Of a DNA stretch of 64,000 bases, positions 48,884 to 63,315 are shown in pieces. The notes below the pieces were generated by a model, which saw only the letters and a program-made list of their open reading frames with translations, ran no database searches and was not told the origin of the DNA. The stretch is taken from the NCBI GenBank assembly GCA_965223545.1, contig OZ245006.1, positions 1,600,001 through 1,664,000 on the forward strand. The letters run 5' to 3'. This DNA comes from Planctomycetota bacterium. Its GTDB lineage: Bacteria; Planctomycetota; UBA1135; UBA2386. The translations under genes were made by a program, and so were the position numbers. The stretch's first letter is position 1. Each line of letters starts with the position of its first letter.

Positions 48884-50452
48884 GTGCGCAGCGCACTGCT
48901 GACGCTGGCGACCGCCGCGGCCCTGCCCGCCCAGCCTCTCATCGGCGGTCTGGTGGTCGGCACCGACGGCCAGCCAATCGCCAACGCCCGCGCCACGCTG
49001 TGGCCACTGCACGCCGACGATCCACTGGCACCGCCGCAGCGGGGTGCCAACCGCCCCACCGCGGCCGGCACCACGACGGCGCGCGGCGATCTGCGCCTGG
49101 CGGCGGATCAGCCGGGGGCGCTGCTCGTGATCGACGCCGCGGGCGGCCGCGGGGCACTGGTGCTCGCGGCGCCGGGCGCGCCGCTGCGCATCGAAGCCGG
49201 TGCGCTGGCGACCGTCGAGACCGGCGCGGACACGGCAGTGATCGGGCAATTGGGTCCCGGACCCGGTCAGCGCGTCTGGCTCGGCCACCACCCGACACCG
49301 CTGCGGTTGCCACCGGGACGCTATCAGCTCGCAGTGGAGAGCGGGGACTCGCTACAGCTGGCCCACGTGCGGCTGGAGGCCGGCGCGCGCGCGACCGTCC
49401 CGGCGCACTCGATCTCGCACCTGCTGCGACTGCCCGCCGGCTTCGACGGTGAGGCGACGGCACCCGCCTGGCCGGGGCTGGTGCTGCCGGTCCACGACGA
49501 CGCCGTCCGCCTCGCCGCGGAGGGCCCGTTGCGCGTCCGGTGCCGTTGGCCGAACAGTGGCTGGGAGCTGTGGACCGACCACTGGCTCGAGCCCGGCGCG
49601 CACCTGCGCGCAGCACCGCCGGCCGACCTCCAGTGGCGGCCGGTCGCGATCCGCGATCCTGCAGGCCCGGTGCCCGGCGCGAGCCTGACTTCGCTCAGGC
49701 TCGGCGGCGACGGCACGCGCCTAATCGCCCGCAGTCGCACTGGCGCCGACGGATTCGCGCGCGGCGCTACCGACGCCGACCTCTGGGTGGCGCGGGCGGC
49801 GGGATCGGGCCGGCGCGGGCTGCTGGTGGCGGATGCCGGCGGCCTCGACCGGGGACCACCGGTGCTGGAGTTGGGCCCCGGCCATGGGGTGACCGTCCGC
49901 GTGCGCGACCCCGCCGGGCACCCGGTGGCGGGCGCCCCGGTGAGTCTCGTGCACAAGAGCCTGCCCGAGCTGCCGTGGCGCGGCAGCAGCGACGCGCGCG
50001 GGATCGTGCGCTTCGACGAAGTGCCAGCCGGCAGCGGAACGCTGCTTCTCCGCAGCGCCGACCACGTGCCCGCGGAGCGGGCGATCGCGATCGAACCCCG
50101 CGCTGCCGGCCACCGCTGGACCCTCACGGCGGATCCCGGCGCCGTGCTGCGCGGCGTCGTGGTGCGCGAGGGCGCGCCCGCGGGCGGCGTCACCGTGACT
50201 CTGCGCGAAGCGAGCGGCGCGCTACGACAAAGTCCGCGGGCCATGGAGAGCGACGCGAGCGGCCGGTTCGCATTCTCGGGGCTCCTGCTCGACGAGGTCT
50301 ACACGGTGTCGGCAAGCTGGCAGCGCGGCGCGCGCACCTGGTCGGCCCAGCTGCGTGGCGTGCAGCCAGGCGATGGCGAGTGGACCCTGGAGCTGATCGA
50401 CGAGGACCCGGTGCCACCACAACGCCGCGGCGGACGCGCCCCTGGTCAGTAG
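48884..50452 (+). CDS. Secreted carboxypeptidase-regulatory-like domain protein
   Basis: Signal-like VRSALLTLATAAALPA-Q; GLVVGTDGQPIANA, VRDPAGHPVAGA, SDASGRFAFSGL repeats; alternative start 48821. Confidence 0.72.
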   Translation: MRSALLTLATAAALPAQPLIGGLVVGTDGQPIANARATLWPLHADDPLAPPQRGANRPTAAGTTTARGDLRLAADQPGALLVIDAAGGRGALVLAAPGAPLRIEAGALATVETGADTAVIGQLGPGPGQRVWLGHHPTPLRLPPGRYQLAVESGDSLQLAHVRLEAGARATVPAHSISHLLRLPAGFDGEATAPAWPGLVLPVHDDAVRLAAEGPLRVRCRWPNSGWELWTDHWLEPGAHLRAAPPADLQWRPVAIRDPAGPVPGASLTSLRLGGDGTRLIARSRTGADGFARGATDADLWVARAAGSGRRGLLVADAGGLDRGPPVLELGPGHGVTVRVRDPAGHPVAGAPVSLVHKSLPELPWRGSSDARGIVRFDEVPAGSGTLLLRSADHVPAERAIAIEPRAAGHRWTLTADPGAVLRGVVVREGAPAGGVTVTLREASGALRQSPRAMESDASGRFAFSGLLLDEVYTVSASWQRGARTWSAQLRGVQPGDGEWTLELIDEDPVPPQRRGGRAPGQ

Positions 50453-51207
50453 AGCAGTGTGGCGGCGCGGCGGCGCAGGGACGAGACCACGTCCGCTTCC
50501 TCGCCGAGCAGTGAGAAGCACAGCAACATCGCGCGCCGCGCCAGTCCCTGGCCGAAGTCGCGGTCGGCCTCGATCGATTCCAACAGGTGCTCGGCGGCGG
50601 GCTCCAGGGCCCCGGCGCGCACCGCTTCGCGCGCTTGCAGCAGAGCGGCGGCGGCGGGCCCCGTGGCCGGCTCGATCTGCGCGTCGAACAGCGCCATGCC
50701 GTCGACCAGCCGGTCGCGCTCGGCGGCCAACTCGGACTCTTCGTCGATCGCCGACAGCAGCGTGCGGGCGCCGGCGAGATCACCGCGCAGAATCGAGAGC
50801 TTCGCCTGCTGCAGCTGCGCCGCCTCGCCCGCCGCCTCGGTTGCCTCCTCGGCCGCCGCCTCGGCGGACACCACACCGTGCCGCTCGAGGAACGCGCGCA
50901 CCTCGTTCTCGGGCAACGCGCCGGCAAAGCCGTCGACCGGCTGCCCGCCGACGAACAGCACGACGAACGGAATGCTGCGCACCTGGAACGCCGCCGCCAA
51001 GTCGGGGTAGCGCTCGGTGTCGACCTTGCCCAGCTCGAAGCCGCCGCCGAACTCGGCGGCCAGCCGCTCGAGCACCGGTGTCAGGGTCTTGCACGGACCG
51101 CACCATTCCGCCCAGAAGTCCAGCAACACGGGGACTTCGACCGAGCGCTGCACGACCGCGGTCGGAAAGCTGTCGGTGCTGACCTCGAACACGAAGCTGG
51201 AGCTCAT
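50446..51207 (-). CDS. Thioredoxin-TPR chaperedoxin (YbbN/CnoX-like)
   Basis: LDFWAEWCGPCK; helical TPR-like C-terminus ending RRRAATLLY. Confidence 0.9.
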   Translation of the reverse strand: MSSSFVFEVSTDSFPTAVVQRSVEVPVLLDFWAEWCGPCKTLTPVLERLAAEFGGGFELGKVDTERYPDLAAAFQVRSIPFVVLFVGGQPVDGFAGALPENEVRAFLERHGVVSAEAAAEEATEAAGEAAQLQQAKLSILRGDLAGARTLLSAIDEESELAAERDRLVDGMALFDAQIEPATGPAAAALLQAREAVRAGALEPAAEHLLESIEADRDFGQGLARRAMLLCFSLLGEEADVVSSLRRRAATLLY

Positions 51208-51465
51208 GCCGCTCACTGAAGCGCGGCGGTGCGGCGGGTCAAGGGCGGGTCCGCGCGGACCCTGCCGTTACGCGCGCGCTACACAACCGCCGCCACAGGC
51301 GACCGGCCACCTTCCCGAAGGCGCGGTACGCCAGTTGAGATCAAGACGGCCGGCCGGGCCCACGTGCTGTGTTTCCAGGGACGGAAAACGCGCGAGAGCG
51401 GCGACCGGACATCTCCCGGGCCCGGCCACCCTTTCTTCCGGTGTTCCGCCTTCTGCGGGTCGGCG

Positions 51466-52353
51466 TCAGCCGTCGATCGGCGCTTCGCGGAGCAGCTGCC
51501 AGGTGTCCCGCCGCTGGTCGGTGACGTCGGCGTTGGCCAACAGCCAGTCGAGGTAGGCGTTGCGCCGCTTGGCGTCGCCCAGCTTGTGCGCGGCGATCGC
51601 CGCGAAGTTGCGCGCGTCGACGGAGGCGCCACAGCGCGCCAGCACGTCTTCGAGACGGCGCAGGCAGCCCTCGACGTCCTCGTCCGCCGCCAGCTGCAGC
51701 GCCACCAGCGGAACCTCGATCTCGGGCAGCGGCGGGTAGAACTTCTCGCCGAGCCGCACCAGCGTGCCGCGGTCCACGGTCTCCGCGCCGACCGCCGCGA
51801 CCACGGCGGCCTCGTCGCTGTCGGCGTGCTGCGCGGCGAGCAACCGCGCGCACTCGTCGCGATCTTCGACATGCCCGCCGATGTTGGCGCACCGCCACGC
51901 CAAGAACAGCGAACCGCGGTCGCCGGACTGCCGGTAGTCGCGCAGCGCCAGGTCCATGGCGCGGGCCAACACATCGAAGTCGCGGCTGCGGCAATACATC
52001 GCGAACGACGCGCGCGCCGCCAGCCGCAGGGGCTCCGGCCCGGAGTCGAACTCGAGCGCGAAGGGCGACAAGACCGTCCAGGCGTCCTGGTTGCGGTCCA
52101 GCTCGAGCAACAGCCGGCCGCGGGCCGTGGCGATACGGGCGTCGACGTTGGCGCTGCTGTGAGTCGCGAGCCGGCGCAGGAGGTCACTGGCCCGGTCGCG
52201 ATCCACGGGGCGGCGGCCGAGCTCGGTCGCCGTCTCCTCCACCAGCGCCTCGATCGCGGCGTTGCGCTTTGCCGCCGCGTCCCAGAAGTACCAACCGACG
52301 GCCGCGGTGGTGACGCCCAACGCCAACGACAGGCTCAGCCACAGGCCCTTCAC
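51466..52353 (-). CDS. Hypothetical membrane-anchored helical (TPR-like) protein
   Basis: N-terminal TM; Ala/Leu/Arg helical pattern; GTGA overlap with the phosphatase gene. Confidence 0.7.
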   Translation of the reverse strand: MKGLWLSLSLALGVTTAAVGWYFWDAAAKRNAAIEALVEETATELGRRPVDRDRASDLLRRLATHSSANVDARIATARGRLLLELDRNQDAWTVLSPFALEFDSGPEPLRLAARASFAMYCRSRDFDVLARAMDLALRDYRQSGDRGSLFLAWRCANIGGHVEDRDECARLLAAQHADSDEAAVVAAVGAETVDRGTLVRLGEKFYPPLPEIEVPLVALQLAADEDVEGCLRRLEDVLARCGASVDARNFAAIAAHKLGDAKRRNAYLDWLLANADVTDQRRDTWQLLREAPIDG

Positions 52354-53693
52354 GCGCGCACCACCTTGATCGCGATCATGGTCACATCGTCTTCCGGCGG
52401 CAGCTCCGCGCGGTGGCCGGCCAACGCATCGTCGACGCTCTTGAGGATCGCCTCGGCGGAGTCTCCGGCGCGCTCGATCAGCAGCTCTTTGAGACGCTCT
52501 TCACCGAACACTTCTCGCGCGGAATTCATCGATTCTTCGACCCCGTCCGTGCGGAAGAACAGCAGGTCGCCCGGCTGCAGCGGCACGGGTCCACGCACCG
52601 AGTAGTCCGAGTCGGCGACCACCCCGAGCACCATGCCGGTCTTGCCGTAGGTCTGCAGCTCGCCGTCGCGGATCAGCCACAGCTCGGCATGCCCGGCGTT
52701 GACGTAGTGCATGGCACCGGCGTGCGCGTCGAGCACGATCAGCGCCAGCGACATGAAGTTGCCGGTCTCGACTCCCTCGACCAGCCGGTTGTTGAGCCGG
52801 CACACGACCTCGCCGGGATCGTCGAGCAGCTCGAGGTAGCTGCGCAACCCGGCCTGCGCGGTGTGGGTCAACAGCGCCGCGCCGACGCCGTGACCGGTGA
52901 CATCGCCGATGACCACAGCGAGCTTGCCGTCGGCGATCGGCAGGAAGTCGTAGGTGTCCCCACTGGCGGCTTCGCACGCGATGTAGCGCAGCGCGATGTC
53001 CACGCCGGGGAGCGAGGCGGGCACCGGCGGCAGCAGGTGGCGCTGGATGCGGTGCGCGATCTCGACGTCCTTCTGCAGCTTGACCTTCTCCAGCGAATCG
53101 GCGTAGAGGCGCGCGTTCTCGACGGCGATCGACAGCTGCGCCGTCAGCGCGCCGAACAGCGCGAGGTCGCGCGCCGAGAACTCGCGCCGGGCCGCGCGCG
53201 AATCGACGTAGATCGCGCCGAGCACGTTCTCCTTCGCGATCAGCGGCGCGCACATCACGGCGCGGAGCTTGAGGTCGAAGACCGACTGGCCGAGCTCGAG
53301 CGCCTCCTCGTCCGACTGGACGACCGAGCGCACCGGCTGCACCTGATCGAGCGAGCGGCGCACGACGCTGCGGCTGTACTGCAGATCGGAGCTGAGCGCC
53401 GCGCCGGCCTTGTCCTGGGCGACCCCGACCTTGAGCTCGTCGAAGCTCGGCCCCAAGAACACCACCGCGCGCTCGGCCTGCGTCACGCTCAGTGATTTCG
53501 CCGCGATGCCTTCCAGCACCACGGCGAGCTCCATGTCCGACGACACGTCGGCGATGCTCTCGAGCAGGATTTGGACGAAGCGCTCGTCCTGCGCGGGGTC
53601 CCCCGTGAGCAGGCCGGGGGCCTCCTCGGCCGGGCCGACCGAGGCGCTGGGCTGGCCTTCACCGGGCCGGTTCCAGAAAAAAAAGCGCTTCAT
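52350..53693 (-). CDS. GAF + SpoIIE/RsbU-type PP2C phosphatase
   Basis: VMCAPL...GAIYVD (GAF); IQRHLLP, SGDTYDF, IGDVTGHGVGAAL, NAGH, TDGVEE, DDVT. Confidence 0.93.
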   Translation of the reverse strand: MKRFFFWNRPGEGQPSASVGPAEEAPGLLTGDPAQDERFVQILLESIADVSSDMELAVVLEGIAAKSLSVTQAERAVVFLGPSFDELKVGVAQDKAGAALSSDLQYSRSVVRRSLDQVQPVRSVVQSDEEALELGQSVFDLKLRAVMCAPLIAKENVLGAIYVDSRAARREFSARDLALFGALTAQLSIAVENARLYADSLEKVKLQKDVEIAHRIQRHLLPPVPASLPGVDIALRYIACEAASGDTYDFLPIADGKLAVVIGDVTGHGVGAALLTHTAQAGLRSYLELLDDPGEVVCRLNNRLVEGVETGNFMSLALIVLDAHAGAMHYVNAGHAELWLIRDGELQTYGKTGMVLGVVADSDYSVRGPVPLQPGDLLFFRTDGVEESMNSAREVFGEERLKELLIERAGDSAEAILKSVDDALAGHRAELPPEDDVTMIAIKVVRA

Positions 53694-53786
53694 GCCGGGC
53701 TCGAATCTACCGCATTGCGCTGCGCGATCGCCTCCGCCAAAATCGTCAACTCAACCGCATTTCGGGGTTCTTCCCGCTCAGCGCCC

Positions 53787-54545
53787 ATGAAGATCGACAA
53801 GTCCCTGCTGGACGACTACGCCATCCTGACCCTCAAGGGTGAGTTCGACACGTTCTACTGCCCTCGGTTTCAGGAGGAGGTGGAAGCGCTGCTCGAGCAG
53901 GGCCTGAGTCACGTCATCCTCAACATGCGGCTGGTCAAGTTCATCAACTCGACGGCGCTGGGGGCGGTGATCAAGGCGCACAAGCGTTGCCGCGCCGAGG
54001 GCGGCGACCTGCTCGTCGCCGGCGCCTCGAAGTTCGTGCAGAAGGTCGTCAGCAGCTTGGGCATCGACCAGCTGATCCAGATGTACGAGGACGAGGAAGC
54101 GGCGACGCGCGCCGTGGTCCAGTCGCTCAACAAGCTCGAGCTGGCCGGCGACGCCCCGGTCGAAGAAGAGAAGGTGCTCATCGGCTTCCCCGACGAGACC
54201 CGCCACGCCCAGCTCGGCGGCCGCAAGACCACCGTCGGCCGCATGTGCAACGTCGACGGCCAGCGCGTGCAGTTCTGGTGGTCGGGCGCCCGCCACGACC
54301 TGAGCCAGGACCAAGCCAAGCAGCTGTTCTTCAGCGGCAGCGACCTGCACTTGAAGTTCCAGGTCAAGCTCTTCAAGAAGGGCTACTTCGAGCTCGACGC
54401 CAAAGTCGTCGACACCACCGCCGACGATGATGGCGGCGTGCGCGTGACCGCGGCGTTCGGCGAGATCTCGGCCTCGGACCGCGAAGCGCTGAGCCAGTTC
54501 GCCGAGGACATGGCGTTCCTCAAGCGGCAGCTGCCGGGGACGTGA
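53787..54545 (+). CDS. STAS anti-sigma-factor antagonist fused to a PilZ-like C-terminal domain
   Basis: LKGEFD, VKFINSTALG (phospho-Ser site), GGDLLV; C-terminal beta-rich segment ending FGEISASDREALSQF. Confidence 0.8.
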   Translation: MKIDKSLLDDYAILTLKGEFDTFYCPRFQEEVEALLEQGLSHVILNMRLVKFINSTALGAVIKAHKRCRAEGGDLLVAGASKFVQKVVSSLGIDQLIQMYEDEEAATRAVVQSLNKLELAGDAPVEEEKVLIGFPDETRHAQLGGRKTTVGRMCNVDGQRVQFWWSGARHDLSQDQAKQLFFSGSDLHLKFQVKLFKKGYFELDAKVVDTTADDDGGVRVTAAFGEISASDREALSQFAEDMAFLKRQLPGT

Positions 54546-54639
54546 GCGGCGGCCGTTGAGTCGCGAGGACATCCTCGGGGCTTGACGTAGGCAACTTTCT
54601 GCATCAGGGTGGGTGTCGGCCCTCACCGGGAGCGCATCC

Positions 54640-58798
<4,159 letters not shown>

Positions 58799-58800
58799 CC

Positions 58801-59979
58801 ATGCTTTACTCCTTGATCAAGCTGACGCCGCTGTGGGCGTGCGCCGCGACCGTGAGCGCCCAAACCACGTGGATCGTGGACAACCAGGCACGCCCGGGCA
58901 GCCATTTCACCGACATGCCACAGGCCATCGCTGCGGCCAGCCCAGGCGACACCATCTTCGCTCGGCCCAGCGTCACGCCCTACTCCGCGTTCACGGTCGA
59001 CAAGGGCCTGACCATCATTGGTCCTCTCCAAACTCCTTCTCCGGTTACGATTCACAACATCCCGGCAAGCCAACGCTTTGTCGCGTTCGGGCTTACGAAC
59101 GTTCGGGGCCAGGAACACGTCGTTAGAATCTACGATTGCTTGGGCCCGGTACACCTGCAGACCCTTACGACCGTTGACCTTCGCTTTCCCGGATGGATAG
59201 AGCCAGACCTCGGTATAATCGACGTACGGCGATCACAAAACGTCACACTTGTGGACTGCCTCACGCAGGTGATGCACGTCGAGCACAGCAACGTACTCAA
59301 CGTCCAAGGGCAACTGGTCGCAAGGTATCGACATCCCCACATCCCGCTGACTGCTGTCGGGTCACGGGTAGCCCTGATCAGCACGCAGGTCGTGACTGCG
59401 AATACTTGCCCCAATCCGCGACCGGGAATTCACGCCACAAACTCCGACATCATTCTGGCCACAACCGGCTCCTACGTCATCGGAAGTACCGGCTCCTGTG
59501 CCACATCGACTGACATCATCGGCTTTGGCGGCACCCTCACCTATGACCCCCTGTTCCCGCCCAACCGCGTGCAGGGCACCATGCAGATCGTCCAGAAGCC
59601 GATCGTCGCCACCATGGTAGAGCCCTCATGGGCGAGCGGCATCCACTCGTTCCGCAACTCCGTTTGGGCACCGAACGGGTCGGTCGCCGTCACCGTCGCC
59701 AGCTTGCCTCCACCGAGCTATCCGACTCCGATCCCATCGTTGTCCGGCTGGGACGAAATATGGGTCGACCCAAGAGTGATCGCCGTAGTGCAAACCGCCA
59801 CGGTGCCGACCCCTGGGCTTTCGTACCTATCGACAACCGTGATGCCTACGTCGACCCTCCTGCCGACCAGCCTCAGCAATGTCTTGCTGTCGTTCCAATC
59901 CGTCGTGCTCCCTCCTGCGGGACCGATGCAGATCACTTCGGCAACGGTCGCGATGCTCAACCACACCATTTCGCTTTGA
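58801..59979 (+). CDS. Secreted protein, possible parallel beta-helix, with degenerate shared C-terminal domain
   Basis: Signal ending VSA-Q; TWIVD...FTDMPQAIAAASPGDTI...KGLTIIG beta-helix cap motif. Confidence 0.78.
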   Translation: MLYSLIKLTPLWACAATVSAQTTWIVDNQARPGSHFTDMPQAIAAASPGDTIFARPSVTPYSAFTVDKGLTIIGPLQTPSPVTIHNIPASQRFVAFGLTNVRGQEHVVRIYDCLGPVHLQTLTTVDLRFPGWIEPDLGIIDVRRSQNVTLVDCLTQVMHVEHSNVLNVQGQLVARYRHPHIPLTAVGSRVALISTQVVTANTCPNPRPGIHATNSDIILATTGSYVIGSTGSCATSTDIIGFGGTLTYDPLFPPNRVQGTMQIVQKPIVATMVEPSWASGIHSFRNSVWAPNGSVAVTVASLPPPSYPTPIPSLSGWDEIWVDPRVIAVVQTATVPTPGLSYLSTTVMPTSTLLPTSLSNVLLSFQSVVLPPAGPMQITSATVAMLNHTISL

Positions 59980-60201
59980 CGGGGCGGGTTCCACGGGCAG
60001 CTCGCTTCCGTGGCCTGGCGACCCGCCGCACGCGTGTGGGGCAACTCGGGCGGCGCGGCTCTGTGAACTTCGCCTGCCGCACGCACTCGCCTCGCTCTGC
60101 TATCATGGGTCGACCGGGGTCGATCGAAGCGGAGAGCCCGTGACTCGAGGAGAGCCCTGCCGGGCACCCCGGCTCGCACAACGCCCACCCGAGGTTCCGA
60201 A

Positions 60202-63200
60202 ATGCGTGCCCCCGAGCTTGCGTGCGTCACGGTTCTGTCGCTGGCCATGACGTCCCCGGCCCAGCTTCTCGAGAACATCAACACCCTGCCGATGCCCAGC
60301 TCGGCATTCCCCGCCGACTCGGACCCGGCCGACTTCGCCGTCGTCGGCAACCGGGTCTACTTCACAGCGACGACGGCCGCGACCGGACGCGAGTACTTCT
60401 GGGCGGACACGAGCGGCGCGCCGGCGCAGCTGCTGGCCGATATCGAGCCCGGGGCACAGGGCAGCTCGCCGAAGGAGCTCGTCGCCCTGCCCAACGGACT
60501 GCTGCTGTTCACCGCCGACACGACCGCCTACGGCCGCGAGGTATGGGTCAGCGATGGGAGCGCCGCCGGCACACGGCTGCTGGTCGACCTGAGTGGACCC
60601 GGCCAGTTCACGGTGCCACAAGACCTGACCATCCATCAGGGGTCGTGCTACTTCCTGGCCAGGTTGAACGGTGCCTTCGCGCCCAGCTTGTGGCGCACGG
60701 ATGGCACCGCTGCGGGGACCGTGCGACTCGACGATCTCGCCCTGACTGGGTCCTACTCGAGCGGCGCGCTGATGATGGTCAGCACCGGAACGCAGCTGTT
60801 CTACACGACCTCGCAGAGCGTGACCGGTGGAACCGGTCAGTGGGGTCTGCACACGAGCGACGGCACCGTCGGCGGCTCGCGACTGGTCACGCAAGTGCAG
60901 GAGAGTTCGTGGTACGGCCCCCGCGGGCTGACCGTGGCCGGAGGGAACGTTGTGTGGGCGGCCCAGGGGGTCGCGACAGGTCTCGAGGTTTGGGTCAGCG
61001 ACGGCACCACTGCGGGCACGGCGATGATCGATCTGATCTCCGGCAGCGGTGGCTCCAACCCGACCGAGCTGACGAAAGTCGGCAGTCACGTGTTCTTCGC
61101 GGCCTACGAGAGCGGGACGTCCGGCGAGATCTTCGTCTCGGACGGCACCGTCGCCGGCACGGTGCAAGTGACCTCGTCGACTGCTCGATCCAGGCCGCTG
61201 TTTCTGCGCGCCGCTGGCAACCGGCTCGCCTACACGGCCGACGGCGGCACCGGCTACAAGCTCTGGGTCGCCGAGGCGACTCCGGGCAGCGAACGGCTCT
61301 TCGCGGACTTCGGCCCCGGCGACAACACGCCGCTCGACATGGTCGCCGTTGCAGGCGGCATCCTGTGCAGTGCGGAGACCCGCGCGACGGGTCGCGAGCT
61401 GTTCTTCAGCGACGGCACCCCGGGCGGGACGGTTCTGGTCGCGGACATCGAACCGGGTACCGGATCCTCTTCGCCGCAAGGGCTCGTCGTGCTGGGCAAT
61501 CACGTCTTTTTCGGTGCTACCGAACGCATCCACGGCCACGAGCCGTGGTTGACCGATGTCACGACTGCCGGGACGCGCCTGCACACAGATCTCTCGCCGG
61601 TGCCGTTCGACGGCAGCTCATATCCGAGCGCGTTTGCCAACCTCGGCGATCGCGTTGTGTTCACTGCGACGGATGGCCTCACCGGCAAGGAGCTGTGGGC
61701 CACCGACGGCACTGCCGCCGGGACCACGCAGCTCACCGACTTTGCCGGCAGCGGGTCCGGCTTCGCGTTCGGAACGGTACCCATTCTGCCGTTCGACGGC
61801 CGCGCCGCCTTCGCCATGGACGACGGCATCAACGGCACCGAGCTGTGGATGACCGACGGCACGATCGAAGGCACGGGGATGCTCGTGGACCACACCCCCG
61901 GCGCCCTCAGATCGGCGGCGTACCCGCTGATCGTTTGGCGTGGCAGGCTCTACTTCGCCGCGGGCGCCTACTTCGGCGGAAAACTCGATCTGCTCGCCAC
62001 TGACGGCACGGCCGCCGGGACACGACTGATCTACAGCTTCTCGGGCGCAGGAGGCGGCATGAGCTCGCTCACCCCGGTGGAACACAACGGCCGGCTCTAC
62101 TTCGGGGCCAGCGCGGCCGGCACTGGTCTCGAACTCTGGAGCACCGATGGCACCACCGCCGGAACCTCGATCGTGGCCGATATCAACCCCGGCAGCGGAT
62201 CGGGACTGCGCTGGTTCCAGGGAGCGAGCCTGGGGTCCCTGCTGTACTTCGCCGCTAGCGACGGAACGAACAACGAAGAGGTTTGGAGCACGGACGGCAC
62301 CGCCGCGGGCACGCGCCTGTTCGCCGATATCAATCCGACTTCCGGCTCGGCGCCGGGTGACTTCCACTCGATCGGCCAGTCCGTGGTGTTCTCGGCGTCG
62401 GTCAACGGCGCGCGGCAGTACTACGGCAGCGATGGGGTGGCGGTGCAGCAGCTCTCCGCGTCGCCGCTGTACGTCAACGGCAACTGGATCCTCTACCCCA
62501 CCGACGACTTGTTGATCGGCATGCTGCGCGGCGCCAACGGCAGCTTCAACCTGTGGGGCACGGATGGCACGGTCGCCGGCTCGGCGGTGATCAAGCAGAT
62601 CTCCCCCAACGGCACCTGGTTCGTCAACCTGCGCGCTTGGCGCGTCAGCTCGGGCAACGCGCTCCTGTTCTCGGCGGCGGACGCGGCCGTCGGCAACGAA
62701 ATCTTCGTCACGGACGGGACGGAAGTCGGCACCGGCCCGCTCATCGACTTGATCCCGGGCACCACAGGGTCGATCCCCGGACCACTCACGCGGCTGGGAG
62801 ACTCGTTGCTGTTCAGCGCCTTCGAACGCCCGACCGGCTTCGAGCTCTACCACCTGCCGTGGACGCTGGTCGGCGATTGGCTGGCGCAGCCATTCGGCGT
62901 GGGCTGCGCCGGCTCATCCGGCCGCGCGCCGGAGTTCGATATCGGCGGCAGCGCCGCACCCGGGCGCACTCTCTCGGTCGCGGTGACCGGGAGTGCCCCG
63001 CTCGCACCGGTCGCGCACCTGTGGTCGCTGGACTACGCGCTGCAGAGCATCGGCCCGTGCTCGACCTACTTGCGCGCGCCACAGCTGCTGTCGACGGGGA
63101 CGAGCGATCCCTCGGGCACCGCCAACTTGGCGCTGCCGATCCCCAACCTGCCGAGCCTGCTCGGTGTCGGGCTCTGGATGCAGTCGTTGGTCGTCGATGC

Positions 63201-63264
63201 AGGGGGCCAGCTGATGGGGCGGGCAGCACTCACCCCGGCGCTGGAGATCCGCGTCGGCGGCTGA
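60202..63264 (+). CDS. Second secreted ELWxxDGT-repeat protein with conserved C-terminal domain
   Basis: ELW/EVW..DGT.AGT repeats; signal ending SPA-Q; FGVGC...IPNLPSLLG...MQ...ALEIRVG tail. Confidence 0.93.
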   Translation: MRAPELACVTVLSLAMTSPAQLLENINTLPMPSSAFPADSDPADFAVVGNRVYFTATTAATGREYFWADTSGAPAQLLADIEPGAQGSSPKELVALPNGLLLFTADTTAYGREVWVSDGSAAGTRLLVDLSGPGQFTVPQDLTIHQGSCYFLARLNGAFAPSLWRTDGTAAGTVRLDDLALTGSYSSGALMMVSTGTQLFYTTSQSVTGGTGQWGLHTSDGTVGGSRLVTQVQESSWYGPRGLTVAGGNVVWAAQGVATGLEVWVSDGTTAGTAMIDLISGSGGSNPTELTKVGSHVFFAAYESGTSGEIFVSDGTVAGTVQVTSSTARSRPLFLRAAGNRLAYTADGGTGYKLWVAEATPGSERLFADFGPGDNTPLDMVAVAGGILCSAETRATGRELFFSDGTPGGTVLVADIEPGTGSSSPQGLVVLGNHVFFGATERIHGHEPWLTDVTTAGTRLHTDLSPVPFDGSSYPSAFANLGDRVVFTATDGLTGKELWATDGTAAGTTQLTDFAGSGSGFAFGTVPILPFDGRAAFAMDDGINGTELWMTDGTIEGTGMLVDHTPGALRSAAYPLIVWRGRLYFAAGAYFGGKLDLLATDGTAAGTRLIYSFSGAGGGMSSLTPVEHNGRLYFGASAAGTGLELWSTDGTTAGTSIVADINPGSGSGLRWFQGASLGSLLYFAASDGTNNEEVWSTDGTAAGTRLFADINPTSGSAPGDFHSIGQSVVFSASVNGARQYYGSDGVAVQQLSASPLYVNGNWILYPTDDLLIGMLRGANGSFNLWGTDGTVAGSAVIKQISPNGTWFVNLRAWRVSSGNALLFSAADAAVGNEIFVTDGTEVGTGPLIDLIPGTTGSIPGPLTRLGDSLLFSAFERPTGFELYHLPWTLVGDWLAQPFGVGCAGSSGRAPEFDIGGSAAPGRTLSVAVTGSAPLAPVAHLWSLDYALQSIGPCSTYLRAPQLLSTGTSDPSGTANLALPIPNLPSLLGVGLWMQSLVVDAGGQLMGRAALTPALEIRVGG

Positions 63265-63315
63265 AGCCGCTCGCCGGTTTTCGGCGGTTGACGCTCCCCC
63301 GCGCGGGGCCGCTCC

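Noticed and set aside
47687..50452. Single 921-aa ORF spanning clpP
   Set aside because: The N-terminal part is an off-frame read-through of clpP; the real gene begins near 48821-48884
47758..51261. Shared GGTCCGCG(CG)GACC palindromes upstream of clpP and the chaperedoxin gene as a heat-shock operator
   Set aside because: Spacing differs, GC-rich palindromes are common at this composition, and they do not match CIRCE or CtsR boxes
54582..54610. Sigma-70 promoter for the (AG)n gene
   Set aside because: TTGACG is present, but the -10 candidate (CAGGGT) is too weak to call
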